The notes below the pieces were generated by a model. It saw only the letters and a list, made by a program, of their open reading frames with translations, was not told the origin of the DNA and made no database searches. The position numbers and the translations under genes were made by a program. From IMG/VR virus record IMGVR_UViG_3300025534_000022, positions 1 to 35,295 of that record: DNA of 35,295 nt, one strand, 5' to 3'. This document shows, piece after piece, positions 23,097 to 32,608 of this stretch. Position 1 is the stretch's first letter. The number at the start of each line of letters is the position of its first letter. The DNA is from a virus. Its lineage: Duplodnaviria; Caudoviricetes.

Positions 23097-25445
23097 CGGG
23101 TTTTCAATCCGCTCAAAGACGGTTTGCTTCCCATACCCCGGTACACGAACACGTCCTTTTCTTTCTCGCCACCCCGGAATGCGACGCATGATGTCGCAAA
23201 TTTCCTTTGCTTCCCAAGGGCGCATAGAACCTTTTTTGTTTCCAAGGCACTCCGTCCAGATTTGGGCCGCACATACGCGCTGCCGCTTTTGCCCTGTTGG
23301 TCGATCCATTTCGTCAAGCTCTTCGGACTCAAGCCATTCTTGGATCAGCCCTTCGCGCGGATCGGATTCCATGTGTGCTGCTTGTTGCCGCTCCGCCTCT
23401 GCGCGGGCTTCCTGATCCAGTTCGAGGCCCTCGCCCGCCCTGTACCACGTTAAAACTTCCGCCCAGATTTGCCCTACCAGTTCGTCCGTGAGGTCGTCCC
23501 AATGGCTTTTCTCCGCATTTGCCGGGTCAATCTCCACCGGCCAAAAGCGCCGGTTTCCGGTCATGTCCCGCAGGAAATCTCGCGTGTTCGTCGTTCCGAA
23601 AAAGACGCATTTTCGTGGAAACTCCGACACTTGCCGGTCGTAAGCCACACGGTAGCGGTCCTCGGTCTTTGAGAGAAACGCCTTGACCTCCTCGACCTCG
23701 GACTTTTTCATGGCCGACAGCTCGCCAATCTCAAAGATCCATCCTGATTGGAGATGCTCGCCGGCCTCTTTGTTTTCGAATGTCCGCAAGGAATCCGAGA
23801 ACCATTCCCGGCCCAGCTTCGCCAGCAAGCTGCTCTTCCCGGCCCCCTGCGGGCCGATCAAGACGAGCATTTGGTCGAACTTGCACCCCGGCCGGTAAAG
23901 TCGCGTGACGGCGGCGAGCAGCATTTTCCGCGTCACCTGCCGAACGTAATGCGTGTCCGGGGCGCCCAGGTATGTGATGAAAATCTGTTCCGCCCGAGAC
24001 ACGCCGTCCCATTTGTGGCTTTCCAGGTACTTTTTGATCGGATGGAAGGCGTTTTTATGGGCGACCTCCGTAAAAGCGTTTTGTATGAGCCTGGTTGACT
24101 GGATGCCGTAAACCTTGGCAAACCAGTGCAGCAGCCGTTTGTCATCAGCCGCGAGCCATGGTTCGTATTCCCGGTTCGGTCGTTCCCGTTCTCGCCATGG
24201 CAGCGGCTTCCGGATGACCTCTGTATTTCCAAAAGCATCATACGCCAACACACCGCGCCAAGGTCCATGCGTCAGGATCAACTCCACGTTGCCGGCTGTC
24301 GGTAGTGGCAGGCCCGTTTTTGGATGGACTTCGAGCTTTGACTCCCAGTCCGGGTCGTCATCTTCCTCCCCCTCGCCATCGAACTCCTCGGCCATTTCGG
24401 TGAATTCAGCCTGGCGTTCAGCGACGATGAGCTTTTTCACCTCTGGCAGTTCGGCCGCCCAGCGCTCCATGGCCAGGTGGCTCGGTTTCTTCGCGTCCGG
24501 CGTGTGCTCCTTGACGTTTTCGTCGAGATGGCCGAACTTGTGGACTCTAACGAGATCGAACAGGTTATATGTGCGGCCGTCGGCCACCGGATCACTGTCT
24601 TGGTGCGAATAGGCCAATTCCTGATCCGGATACACCTGCAGCCCGTTCGCGCTGGTGCCATGTATATAGGTAAACCGGTGTGGTTGCGTGCCCGGGACGT
24701 ACACGTCCGAAAGAAAGGTCTCGATACCTTCCTCGATCGTGAATGCCCGGCAAAACAGACCGATGATTCCGCGTTTCGTCCGTGGGTCCTCTGCCTTGGT
24801 CGTCGCTTGCCGGTGCGCTTTCCGTTCCTCCGGGTGCCTAGGCCAACTCATGACATCCTGCCAGTCATCGTACTCGGCCAGAACAGCATCGACGTCGACC
24901 GGATCACCCTCGTAAACCTCCAGCACGGGCTCGGCGTCCTTGGAGCAACTGGGCATGTACATGAGCCGATTGGCCTGGAATGTCGTTTTGTCGAAATATA
25001 GCATTCCGATCTTGTCCGCAATCTTGCGGCTGACGGCGGCGTACTCGTCCAAGCTCATCCGCCGGTTTGCCGGTGCAACCAGCCGATACCGAGGCTTGTC
25101 GGGCCGGTGGCTGTGCGAGGAGTACACAACGTAGGCGTATCCGCCCAGGACAAGCTCGACGGCGAACAGGAAATCAGCATCGGCATGATCGGCATCGAGC
25201 GTGATCAGGCTTCGTGATTCGATGTTTTCAATTTTCCGCCGGCCGCCTCGGATGAACCCGCCAACATAAGCGGGCCCATCCTTGACGCGAAATTTCGCCG
25301 TTACGTTCATTTTGTCGTATTGCGCCATCGTCTCATTCGTGCGACGGATCTTACGCAACCGTTCGACGAATTCATCCCAGGTCAGGTATTCAGGTTTCCA
25401 ATTTGTGTCGGCTCGGTGCTTGCCGAATGAAATATCCAGTTCCAT
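23088..25445 (-). CDS. Primase-helicase (AEP-like N-terminus, VapE/VirE P-loop C-terminus)
   Basis: LITLDAD, SSHSH and RYRLV motifs; GPQGAGKS Walker A, EIGEL, GTTN and GNRRFWP motifs. Confidence 0.92.
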   Translation of the reverse strand: MELDISFGKHRADTNWKPEYLTWDEFVERLRKIRRTNETMAQYDKMNVTAKFRVKDGPAYVGGFIRGGRRKIENIESRSLITLDADHADADFLFAVELVLGGYAYVVYSSHSHRPDKPRYRLVAPANRRMSLDEYAAVSRKIADKIGMLYFDKTTFQANRLMYMPSCSKDAEPVLEVYEGDPVDVDAVLAEYDDWQDVMSWPRHPEERKAHRQATTKAEDPRTKRGIIGLFCRAFTIEEGIETFLSDVYVPGTQPHRFTYIHGTSANGLQVYPDQELAYSHQDSDPVADGRTYNLFDLVRVHKFGHLDENVKEHTPDAKKPSHLAMERWAAELPEVKKLIVAERQAEFTEMAEEFDGEGEEDDDPDWESKLEVHPKTGLPLPTAGNVELILTHGPWRGVLAYDAFGNTEVIRKPLPWRERERPNREYEPWLAADDKRLLHWFAKVYGIQSTRLIQNAFTEVAHKNAFHPIKKYLESHKWDGVSRAEQIFITYLGAPDTHYVRQVTRKMLLAAVTRLYRPGCKFDQMLVLIGPQGAGKSSLLAKLGREWFSDSLRTFENKEAGEHLQSGWIFEIGELSAMKKSEVEEVKAFLSKTEDRYRVAYDRQVSEFPRKCVFFGTTNTRDFLRDMTGNRRFWPVEIDPANAEKSHWDDLTDELVGQIWAEVLTWYRAGEGLELDQEARAEAERQQAAHMESDPREGLIQEWLESEELDEMDRPTGQKRQRVCAAQIWTECLGNKKGSMRPWEAKEICDIMRRIPGWRERKGRVRVPGYGKQTVFERIENPGQ

Positions 25446-25457
25446 GTCACCACCTCG

Positions 25458-25793
25458 TCAAGTGAGGCTGAGCAGCCCCCGGATCATTTCCGCCAAACGG
25501 CGCAAATCGTATTTGTCGGCGGAACTGAGACGATGTTTGTTTGAGATCGAAGTCAGCATTTCCGGTTTTCTTTCAAATTCCCGGATTTTAATGAGCAACT
25601 CATCCAGTTCCCGCTCGTAACTGGATAAATCCGAATCGTGCCTTTCCGCTTCACGTTTCGCGATTTCCACTAGTTCCTGAATCAGCTGAGCGGCCTCAAA
25701 TCCGATTTTCCGCTTGACCAACTGGATCAAATCTTCAGAGGACTGGACGAAAACAAGCTCTCCGTCGTCTGTAAAAATTTTACCGGTGATCAT
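25458..25793 (-). CDS. Hypothetical helical protein (111 aa)
   Basis: ATGA overlap with the MTase stop codon; GAGGAG RBS. Confidence 0.75.
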   Translation of the reverse strand: MITGKIFTDDGELVFVQSSEDLIQLVKRKIGFEAAQLIQELVEIAKREAERHDSDLSSYERELDELLIKIREFERKPEMLTSISNKHRLSSADKYDLRRLAEMIRGLLSLT

Positions 25794-26776
25794 TTCATCA
25801 TCTCCTCAAACGCTTCATCCACCGCCATTCGCAGATTGTTCACGGCCACCTGGTAGTAACTCTCCTTGAGTTCGATCCCGACGAAACGCCGACCCATCTT
25901 GATTGCCTGATACCCTTCACTGCCAATCCCTGCGAATGGGCTGAATACGATGTCTCCTGGATTGCTCCAGAGCTCCACGCCGCGGGCGATAACGTCGAGC
26001 TGCAGCGGGCAGATGTGCTTTTCGTCCTTCTCATCGCGCGCTGACTTATATTGCAGTGTGTTCGTTTCCCGGATATCCATCCAGACCGGTGAGGCGTATT
26101 TTTGCCAAATGAACACACTTCGCCACATCTCGAACGGCCACGGTTCCCGACCTTCATTGCGGACTTTTTCGGCGTGCCTTTCGTATGCCTCACGGCTCAC
26201 GTCCAGTCCTTCTCCGATGAATTCCTCCAACATGCCGGCAATCGGTTCCGGATTCTCGCCGGGCTTCCGCATCGTCACGAGGTAATCCGGAATGCCTTGT
26301 CGGCTCATCGCGCTGTCTTTGACGAGTTGCTTGTGCAACAGTCCGAGCGCCTTGGTTCGTTGCTGAGCAACAACAGGGTCTTTCCAGATGCAGACCTCGG
26401 AGTGGTAAATGAACCCTTCCGCCTCGAACGCGCGGATCAAGTCGCCGCGGAAATCCCGGATGCCGATGTATCCGTGATGGGCTTTCGACGTCGGCAGGTT
26501 CATGCAGTGAAAGCTCACGAGCCGCCCGGGGATCATAACTCGGTATAATTCCCGGATGAGGAAGCGGAAGTGCTCGAAAAACTCCTCATCGCTTCGGCAA
26601 TTCCCCATGTCCCGGTCGCTGTTTGAATAGGTGTACAGCGAAGCAAATGGTGGCGAAAAGATGGAATAGTGAATGCTATTGTCCGGCAGACCGCGTGTGA
26701 TCTCCACGCAGTCACCGTTGTATATGGCAAAGTCAGACTCGATGACTTGATCAATCGCTTTAACCTGTTGCTGCAA
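25790..26776 (-). CDS. Beta-class N4/N6 DNA methyltransferase
   Basis: GDC, catalytic SPPF motif IV, HICPLQ, and C-terminal SPFAGIGSEG...GIELK SAM-binding motif; TTG start at 26776 with AAGGAG-N8. Confidence 0.92.
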   Translation of the reverse strand: MQQQVKAIDQVIESDFAIYNGDCVEITRGLPDNSIHYSIFSPPFASLYTYSNSDRDMGNCRSDEEFFEHFRFLIRELYRVMIPGRLVSFHCMNLPTSKAHHGYIGIRDFRGDLIRAFEAEGFIYHSEVCIWKDPVVAQQRTKALGLLHKQLVKDSAMSRQGIPDYLVTMRKPGENPEPIAGMLEEFIGEGLDVSREAYERHAEKVRNEGREPWPFEMWRSVFIWQKYASPVWMDIRETNTLQYKSARDEKDEKHICPLQLDVIARGVELWSNPGDIVFSPFAGIGSEGYQAIKMGRRFVGIELKESYYQVAVNNLRMAVDEAFEEMMK

Positions 26777-28136
26777 ACGTCTCACTCCTTAACCACGACG
26801 GGATGATGATCGTACGTGTTGGCTCATATTCGGTTACGTCTCGTTCTGTGGAACGGATTGCTTCCGACGTGATATCCTTGGTGTACTTGACCATTTCCTC
26901 AACCATCCGGCGGAAGTCGGCTTCTTTTCGCTTGATATTCTCAGCCGTGGCGCCCTCTCGGCTGGATGTGATCATATACACGTTGACCGGCCGCGTCTGT
27001 CCGAACCGGTAACACCGCCGGATCGCCTGAAAAACTTGTTCAAAGCTGTCCGACAACCCAACAAATGCCATGTCGGCGCAGTGCTGCCAGTTCATGCCGA
27101 AACCGGCGATTGAGGGTTTTGTGACCAGCACGCGGATTTTGCCGGCGGCGAAGTCGAGCATTGCCTGTTCTTTGAACACCGGCTTGTCGCTCCCCTTCAC
27201 CTCGACAGCGCCCGGGATGGCCGCCGCCAGCATCTCCGATTCGACGTTCAGGTCGCACCAAACGAGGAATGGCCGATCCGTGGAGTTGACGATTTCGGCA
27301 CAGGCCGCCACCCGTTCGGCGACCGTCTCTCGGCGTGCCCGCTGCCGCTGCGAGAGCGTCCTGGCCGGCTCTCCGGGAACCTCGATTACGACGTCCTGCA
27401 CGTTGAGCGGTGGCAGGATATAACCGTCATCCGGGTACCCGAGATCGGACGGCTTTTCAAGCATGACACCCCAGGAGGCCACCCAGCGCCAGAACGCGTC
27501 TTCCGCGTGACCTTTCAGGCGCCATTTCTGCGTCTCACCGCCGTCGTGAACGAAGAACATGGAGAGCATTTCTGTCCGACTCATGACGCCTAGGAATTCG
27601 GCGTGATTCCCAAGCTCCATATAATCGTTTGGTGCCGGTGTCGCCGTGCAGGCCAGGCGGTATGGTGTAAAAGCAAACATCTCGATTAGTTCAGTCCGGA
27701 TTTTCCCGGTGAAAGACTTAAGGATACTGCTTTCGTCCAGCACAACGCCGTCAAAAAGCGCCGGTTCGAAATGTCGGAGCATTTCGTAATTCGTGATGTT
27801 GAGTCCGGGCCGGACGTCATCCTGACTCCGGCATATCGTGATTTCGTACCCCAGCTCTGCGGCCTCACGTACTGTTTGCGCAGCGACTGCCAGCGGGGCG
27901 AGCATAAGCACGTCACCACCGGTCAGGCGGTGAATGTGCATGGCCCATTCCGTTTGCATTCTCGTTTTGCCGAGTCCTGTACCGGCGAATATCGCCGCCC
28001 GGCCCCGCCTGAGCGCCCAGCGAACGATATCGCGCTGGAAGTCGAACAAGCTGGGATGGAGTGCATCCCGGTCGACGGAGAAGCCTGATGGCGTCATGGT
28101 GGCCCGTTTGCTAGCAATGAACTCGTTATAATCCAT
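26760..28136 (-). CDS. SF2/SNF2-like helicase coupled to the methyltransferase
   Basis: GTGLGKT, LDESS, TATP, GFGMNWQ and QAIRRCYRFGQ motifs; ATG at 28136 with GAGGT RBS. Confidence 0.92.
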   Translation of the reverse strand: MDYNEFIASKRATMTPSGFSVDRDALHPSLFDFQRDIVRWALRRGRAAIFAGTGLGKTRMQTEWAMHIHRLTGGDVLMLAPLAVAAQTVREAAELGYEITICRSQDDVRPGLNITNYEMLRHFEPALFDGVVLDESSILKSFTGKIRTELIEMFAFTPYRLACTATPAPNDYMELGNHAEFLGVMSRTEMLSMFFVHDGGETQKWRLKGHAEDAFWRWVASWGVMLEKPSDLGYPDDGYILPPLNVQDVVIEVPGEPARTLSQRQRARRETVAERVAACAEIVNSTDRPFLVWCDLNVESEMLAAAIPGAVEVKGSDKPVFKEQAMLDFAAGKIRVLVTKPSIAGFGMNWQHCADMAFVGLSDSFEQVFQAIRRCYRFGQTRPVNVYMITSSREGATAENIKRKEADFRRMVEEMVKYTKDITSEAIRSTERDVTEYEPTRTIIIPSWLRSETFAATG

Positions 28137-28149
28137 TCCGATACCTCGC

Positions 28150-28461
28150 TTAATCAAACTTATATCCAAGCCTTGCGGCTTTTTTCCTCATCGCCGTCTC
28201 GGTACGTCCGAAACGGCTTGCGAGTTCTTTAGGGCGATACCCGTTATCCAATAATTCCTTAAGCTTTAATTCTTCTAATGTCGTCCAAGGTTTCCGAGGC
28301 AGTTTTTCTGTACGTTTTGCATACTCAGTCACGGCTACGGTATCCCCGCAAATCGGGCAAAAGTATTTTCGTTTTACCCTCCGGGCGTATATTGTGAATC
28401 GGACAGAGCAATCATGACAATATCTCGTATTTTTGCCGCTTCCATTGCTCATTTCCGTCAA
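28150..28461 (-). CDS. Zn-ribbon + Myb/GcrA-like HTH protein
   Basis: CHDC...CPIC; PWTTLEELKLKELLDNGYRPKELASRFGRTETAMRKKAARLG; start may be ATG 28452. Confidence 0.75.
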   Translation of the reverse strand: MTEMSNGSGKNTRYCHDCSVRFTIYARRVKRKYFCPICGDTVAVTEYAKRTEKLPRKPWTTLEELKLKELLDNGYRPKELASRFGRTETAMRKKAARLGYKFD

Positions 28462-30416
28462 TCCTTTTGATAGAATTCACACTCGAATCCAGCCGCATTG
28501 AGTGGCAAACCTGGTGCCCACTCTATAGGCCGACTCATAATTCCCGTGACCTCTTCCACGGATCCGAACCCAATCGGAACATCCAGCACAACCTCGTCAT
28601 GTACGTGCATAACGATGTTGTAACCGGCAGCGTCCAACCGTCTAAGGCTCTCGGCCAAGCAATCCCGCGCGATAGCCTGCACCAGATTCTCCACCAAGCG
28701 GCCGCCGTATGTTCGATGTGACATCCATTTCTTTTTTATTTGGTCCATTCCGTCGAAAACGATGCCGTCCTTACCGAAATTCGGGTCCGGCTTAATGCGC
28801 GGATTGACGTAGGCCAAGCTTCGGCCGCTCGGCAGGTCAGCGAACAGGTAACCCGGCTCGTAGCGGTAGCGAACACCGTGTTTGAGCTTGACGGTCGTCT
28901 TTTCCCTCACTGCCGTAACTGCGGCCTCCTCGGCTTCGTACCACAGTCGGACGATGTTCGGATTCGCCTCCCGCCACTGTTTGACGAGCCGGGGGTATTC
29001 GTTCGGATCAATTTCTCGCTTCGTATCCATCGCGGCCAGCGCGTTTTCTCCGCCCTGATATCCGCAGGCCAATACCGCGACTTTTCCTTTGGCCCGCAAC
29101 TCGTAATTCGGATGCCCTTTGACAATTGTCTCCAATGGCACCTTGAACATCATGGCCGCCGTCGCCTCGTAAATCTTTCCGTGCCCGCGAAACACGTCCA
29201 GCACCCAGTGCTCGTCTGCCAGCCAGGCCACCACGCGCGCCTCGATGGCGGAGAAGTCCGCGACGATGAACCGGCAGCCTGGCGACGGGATGAAGGCCGT
29301 ACGGATGAGCTGCGATAGGACGAATGGCGGCGGGCCGAAAAGCAGTTCGAGCATTTCAAAATCGCCATTGCGCAGTGTTTCCCGTGCGAGCGTCAGATCC
29401 TCAATTTTGTTTTGTGGCAGATTTTGAACCTGAATCAGCCGCCCGGCCCAGCGCCAGGTGCGGCCAGCGCCGCAGAACTGCAGGAGCCCCCGAGCACGAT
29501 CGTCGGCGCACATGCTGCGTTCCATTGCGTGATATTTGTCCACGCTAGTTTTCGCCATTTCCTGCCGCAACTCCAGCACTCGGCGCGTCTCGTCGTCCGG
29601 CGCTTGGTCAAGCAGGACCGGCATTTGATTCTTGTTCAAACCCTCTGACGCATCCAACCCTTGCTCTGCGAGCCACTCTTTGAGCTGCGTCACGCTGTTC
29701 GGATTTTCGAGGCCGGTCAACTCCCGGGCCTCCTGCATCAGCCGCGCCTCATATTGCGCATCACAAGCGATCGCTTGCTGGACCAGGATCGGATCGAGCC
29801 GGACACCGCGATCGTTGATTTGCTGATCCAGTGCCCATAATTCCCATTCATGGTCGGGAATCGGGAAGCGCTCCAGCTTTTTTCGAATGGTTCTTTCAAC
29901 AACAACATCCTGCCGGTTGTACTCGATGAAATCCTGCCATTTCTCCGGATCGTGTTCCGGATGGTTCCGGGTGCGGCCACCGTTGGCTTTGGTCGGTTTG
30001 CACGGAACGCTGAAATACTTGATCAGTGCCTTGCCGCGTGCGTCTTTCTGTGCTTCAAGATTCAGCACTTCGGCCACACCTTCCAGGTACCCTGGCAGCC
30101 CGAGCGCCGAGGCCCAGACCGCCGTACAGCGCCATTGCCTTGGGTCGCATTCGATATTGAAATGTTTGGCAATACAAGTCCGTTCGAAATTGGCGTTGAA
30201 AGCGGTCTTGATGACATCCGGGTTGGTGAGATCGCGCATGACCTGTTCTGGCAGATCCTCGAAGGCGGTCAAATCGACAACCTGCACCGGTTCGTCGTCG
30301 TAGGCATAGGCGAAAAGCAATATTTCGAAGTCCGGCGCCTCGACGTAGCGATAAACGCCGCAGGTTTTCAGGTCGATGGATGAATAGGTTTCAATGTCGA
30401 TGGAGAGGACGGTCAT
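28458..30416 (-). CDS. Phage family A DNA polymerase with 3'-5' exonuclease domain
   Basis: DIET, NANFE and YNRQD exonuclease motifs; DFSAIE (motif A), RAKGKVAVLACGY (motif B), VHDE (motif C). Confidence 0.96.
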   Translation of the reverse strand: MTVLSIDIETYSSIDLKTCGVYRYVEAPDFEILLFAYAYDDEPVQVVDLTAFEDLPEQVMRDLTNPDVIKTAFNANFERTCIAKHFNIECDPRQWRCTAVWASALGLPGYLEGVAEVLNLEAQKDARGKALIKYFSVPCKPTKANGGRTRNHPEHDPEKWQDFIEYNRQDVVVERTIRKKLERFPIPDHEWELWALDQQINDRGVRLDPILVQQAIACDAQYEARLMQEARELTGLENPNSVTQLKEWLAEQGLDASEGLNKNQMPVLLDQAPDDETRRVLELRQEMAKTSVDKYHAMERSMCADDRARGLLQFCGAGRTWRWAGRLIQVQNLPQNKIEDLTLARETLRNGDFEMLELLFGPPPFVLSQLIRTAFIPSPGCRFIVADFSAIEARVVAWLADEHWVLDVFRGHGKIYEATAAMMFKVPLETIVKGHPNYELRAKGKVAVLACGYQGGENALAAMDTKREIDPNEYPRLVKQWREANPNIVRLWYEAEEAAVTAVREKTTVKLKHGVRYRYEPGYLFADLPSGRSLAYVNPRIKPDPNFGKDGIVFDGMDQIKKKWMSHRTYGGRLVENLVQAIARDCLAESLRRLDAAGYNIVMHVHDEVVLDVPIGFGSVEEVTGIMSRPIEWAPGLPLNAAGFECEFYQKD

Positions 30417-30739
30417 ATCCGTTTCCCACCATGCCGCTGAGGCCGCGTCGCGTTGTATTGCATCTTGAGCCGGATTGCTTCCTCAAGGTTAATTTTGAAG
30501 TATCCGCACGTGTCGAAGATTCGAATGCAAACGTCTGCCAATTCGATCGGGACGCCGCACGGTTTTCCGTTTTCGAAGTAGATTTCCCGGATGTCGTGGC
30601 CGTCGCGGTAATCCTCCAGCGCTTCGGACAGTTCCGAATGGATGAGAGCGATGATCTCACCGAAGGTTCGGGGCTCCTCGTACCAGCCTTTATCCACGGC
30701 CGCCTGATGGGCTTTTTGAACCAGCACGTTGATCTCCAT
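30413..30739 (-). CDS. MazG-like nucleoside triphosphate pyrophosphohydrolase
   Basis: IHSELSEALE...ELADVCIR and KMQYN motifs. Confidence 0.85.
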   Translation of the reverse strand: MEINVLVQKAHQAAVDKGWYEEPRTFGEIIALIHSELSEALEDYRDGHDIREIYFENGKPCGVPIELADVCIRIFDTCGYFKINLEEAIRLKMQYNATRPQRHGGKRI

Positions 30740-30766
30740 TATCGTTTCTCCCTTCGAATCTTGGAT

Positions 30767-30796
30767 AAGAAAGGGAGACCCGCAGCCGAATCCCCC
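30767..30796 (-). terminator. Terminator-like hairpin after the SSB gene
   Basis: GGGGGAUUCG-GCUG-CGGGUCUCCC followed by UUUCUU. Confidence 0.6.
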
Positions 30797-30804
30797 TATT
30801 CAGA

Positions 30805-31407
30805 TCAGTTCAAGAAATCTTCATCGTCATCGCTGATGTCGACGATGTCATCAAAATCTTCGTTGGCGAAGTCATCCTGCACGCTTGCGCGGCCACCGAG
30901 GAACTCACCGTCTTGGACCTTCACGATGTTGTTCAGACCAGCGGCGACACCCTTGTTTCCTTTCGCGTCATATGGATAGAAGTTGATCGACACTTTGGCG
31001 TAGCAGCCGGAGTACACTTCCGTGCTGTCAGTGATTTCTTGGAATTTGACCCGACCGTCCGGCCCTTTGCCAATCGGCTTTGCAATACCGGGCTTTGTCC
31101 GGCTGGTGGCGTTGAGAAAGTAATGGCCTGCATACGCTTCATCGTCCGGGCGTTCTTCATCGCCGTCACGCAGCGGTTTTTTGATGTTGGCCGGGATCTT
31201 CCCGCCCCATTTCGACGTTTTGCCTTGTTCTACAGCCGCGTCGACGGCTGCCTTGATCTTGCGCAACGTCTCCTTGTCAGATTTCGGAATCAGGATGCTG
31301 CAGCTGTATTTTTCATCGCCGTTGTCATCTGGACGGGGCTCGAAGATATGGCAGTAAGAGAGTCGTACTTTTCCCGTGATTACTTTGGTTGCTTGATTGT
31401 CAGCCAT
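30805..31407 (-). CDS. DUF2815 family ssDNA-binding protein (T7 gp2.5-like)
   Basis: VRLSY, PLRDGD, EVYSGCY and GLNNI motifs; acidic C-terminal tail. Confidence 0.92.
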   Translation of the reverse strand: MADNQATKVITGKVRLSYCHIFEPRPDDNGDEKYSCSILIPKSDKETLRKIKAAVDAAVEQGKTSKWGGKIPANIKKPLRDGDEERPDDEAYAGHYFLNATSRTKPGIAKPIGKGPDGRVKFQEITDSTEVYSGCYAKVSINFYPYDAKGNKGVAAGLNNIVKVQDGEFLGGRASVQDDFANEDFDDIVDISDDDEDFLN

Positions 31408-31411
31408 GCTA

Positions 31412-32608
31412 TCAGTCCTCCATGAAATTTTCATTTGCGAAATCTGATTCGATGCTGTTCAGTTCCGGTCGCTTGTCTGTTTCCGGAACGAGAACCGGTT
31501 TGCCCGGCGGCTTCTGGATCAGTTCACCGAGCAGTTCGGTCAGTTGCTTTTTACCGATTCGTTTTTCAAGCTCACTGATCCCGAGAAGATCGATTTTAAG
31601 ATACAGATCCGGATTAAGCCCCGCACCCTCAAGAATGGAACGGGCGGCGTCCTTGTCCGTGATCTGGCGATTGCTCCGTCCTTCGACCAACTTCCATCCC
31701 GGGAACTTGGTGCCTCGGACAGCTTGAGTGTGCGCATATTCCTGCACATCTTTCGCCCACGCGGAAAGCTGCTGCGCGATGTGCAAAATTTGGCCGATTT
31801 CGTCCAGCGTGAGCAGCGCCGGATCCTGGAACTCGTATTGCAACGCCTTCATATTCTCATCGGCGCGCGCTCGGCAGGTCGCTTTGACCTTGCACCAGCG
31901 GCAGTGATCTCCGGGTTTGTACTCCCCTTTTCCTTCGAAGGCCAGCGCTGCAGCCGGCTTAACGACGTTCTCGGCCCAGTCGAGCAGTTCCTCAATGGTC
32001 ATGGTGTCCGTGCTAATGCTGTCAAGACGCGGCTGATAGATTGTCATTTGGATTTCCCGAATATCGTACAGGTAGCCGTATCCCGACCAGGCACCGAGGG
32101 CATAGAGCCGGATCTGAGGATTGCCAACCGCCGAGACCGGAACACCTTTTCCATATTTGAGGTCGATCAGCTCCAGCGTACCGTCCGCGATCAGCACCAC
32201 GTCGCCGGTTCCGGTCTGCCCCGGGGCGGTCCATTTGGAGTAATCCAGCTTTTCTTCGAGCAGGATCACAGCATCCGAGCTGCGAGCCTTCGCGACCATG
32301 AATCGTTCTTCAACGTACTCGACGTATTCCTGGATCAGCCGCTCCATCTCTGCGGAATACAGCGGGTTAGCCTGAATCTCCTGCAGTCGGGCGTCGAGGT
32401 GTTTCCTCTCCGTGGAATTGCAGGGGAGCAGCCGACGCCGGAGTTTCGTCTCGGCCAGCTCATGCGCCAGTGTCCCCTCGTCCGCGTACTCGCTCCGCCG
32501 GTCCGGAATACCTTCCTGCAATCGGGCGCTTGGCGGGCAGTTGATCCACTGCGCCGCCTTCGACGCGGCCAGTAGCGAGTGCGCCCGTTCAGCGTGGGCG
32601 GCGGTCAT
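31412..32608 (-). CDS. DUF2800 family Cas4-like PD-(D/E)XK exonuclease
   Basis: WINCPPS, EGTLAH, GTGD...DLKYGKG and HCRWCKVKATC motifs. Confidence 0.9.
   Translation of the reverse strand: MTAAHAERAHSLLAASKAAQWINCPPSARLQEGIPDRRSEYADEGTLAHELAETKLRRRLLPCNSTERKHLDARLQEIQANPLYSAEMERLIQEYVEYVEERFMVAKARSSDAVILLEEKLDYSKWTAPGQTGTGDVVLIADGTLELIDLKYGKGVPVSAVGNPQIRLYALGAWSGYGYLYDIREIQMTIYQPRLDSISTDTMTIEELLDWAENVVKPAAALAFEGKGEYKPGDHCRWCKVKATCRARADENMKALQYEFQDPALLTLDEIGQILHIAQQLSAWAKDVQEYAHTQAVRGTKFPGWKLVEGRSNRQITDKDAARSILEGAGLNPDLYLKIDLLGISELEKRIGKKQLTELLGELIQKPPGKPVLVPETDKRPELNSIESDFANENFMED

Noticed and set aside
22994-23332. 112-aa minus-strand ORF overlapping the primase end
   Set aside because: Mostly out-of-frame overlap with the primase gene and runs through the repeat array; no RBS
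26760-26790. Helicase/MTase overlap as a frameshifted fusion or pseudogene
   Set aside because: The MTase has its own AAGGAG RBS 8 nt before a TTG start and no slippery heptamer is evident; translational coupling is simpler
28458-30739. PolA + MazG as a possible 2-aminoadenine (Z) or other base-substitution pathway
   Set aside because: No PurZ, HD-family dATPase or other nucleotide-synthesis gene in the window
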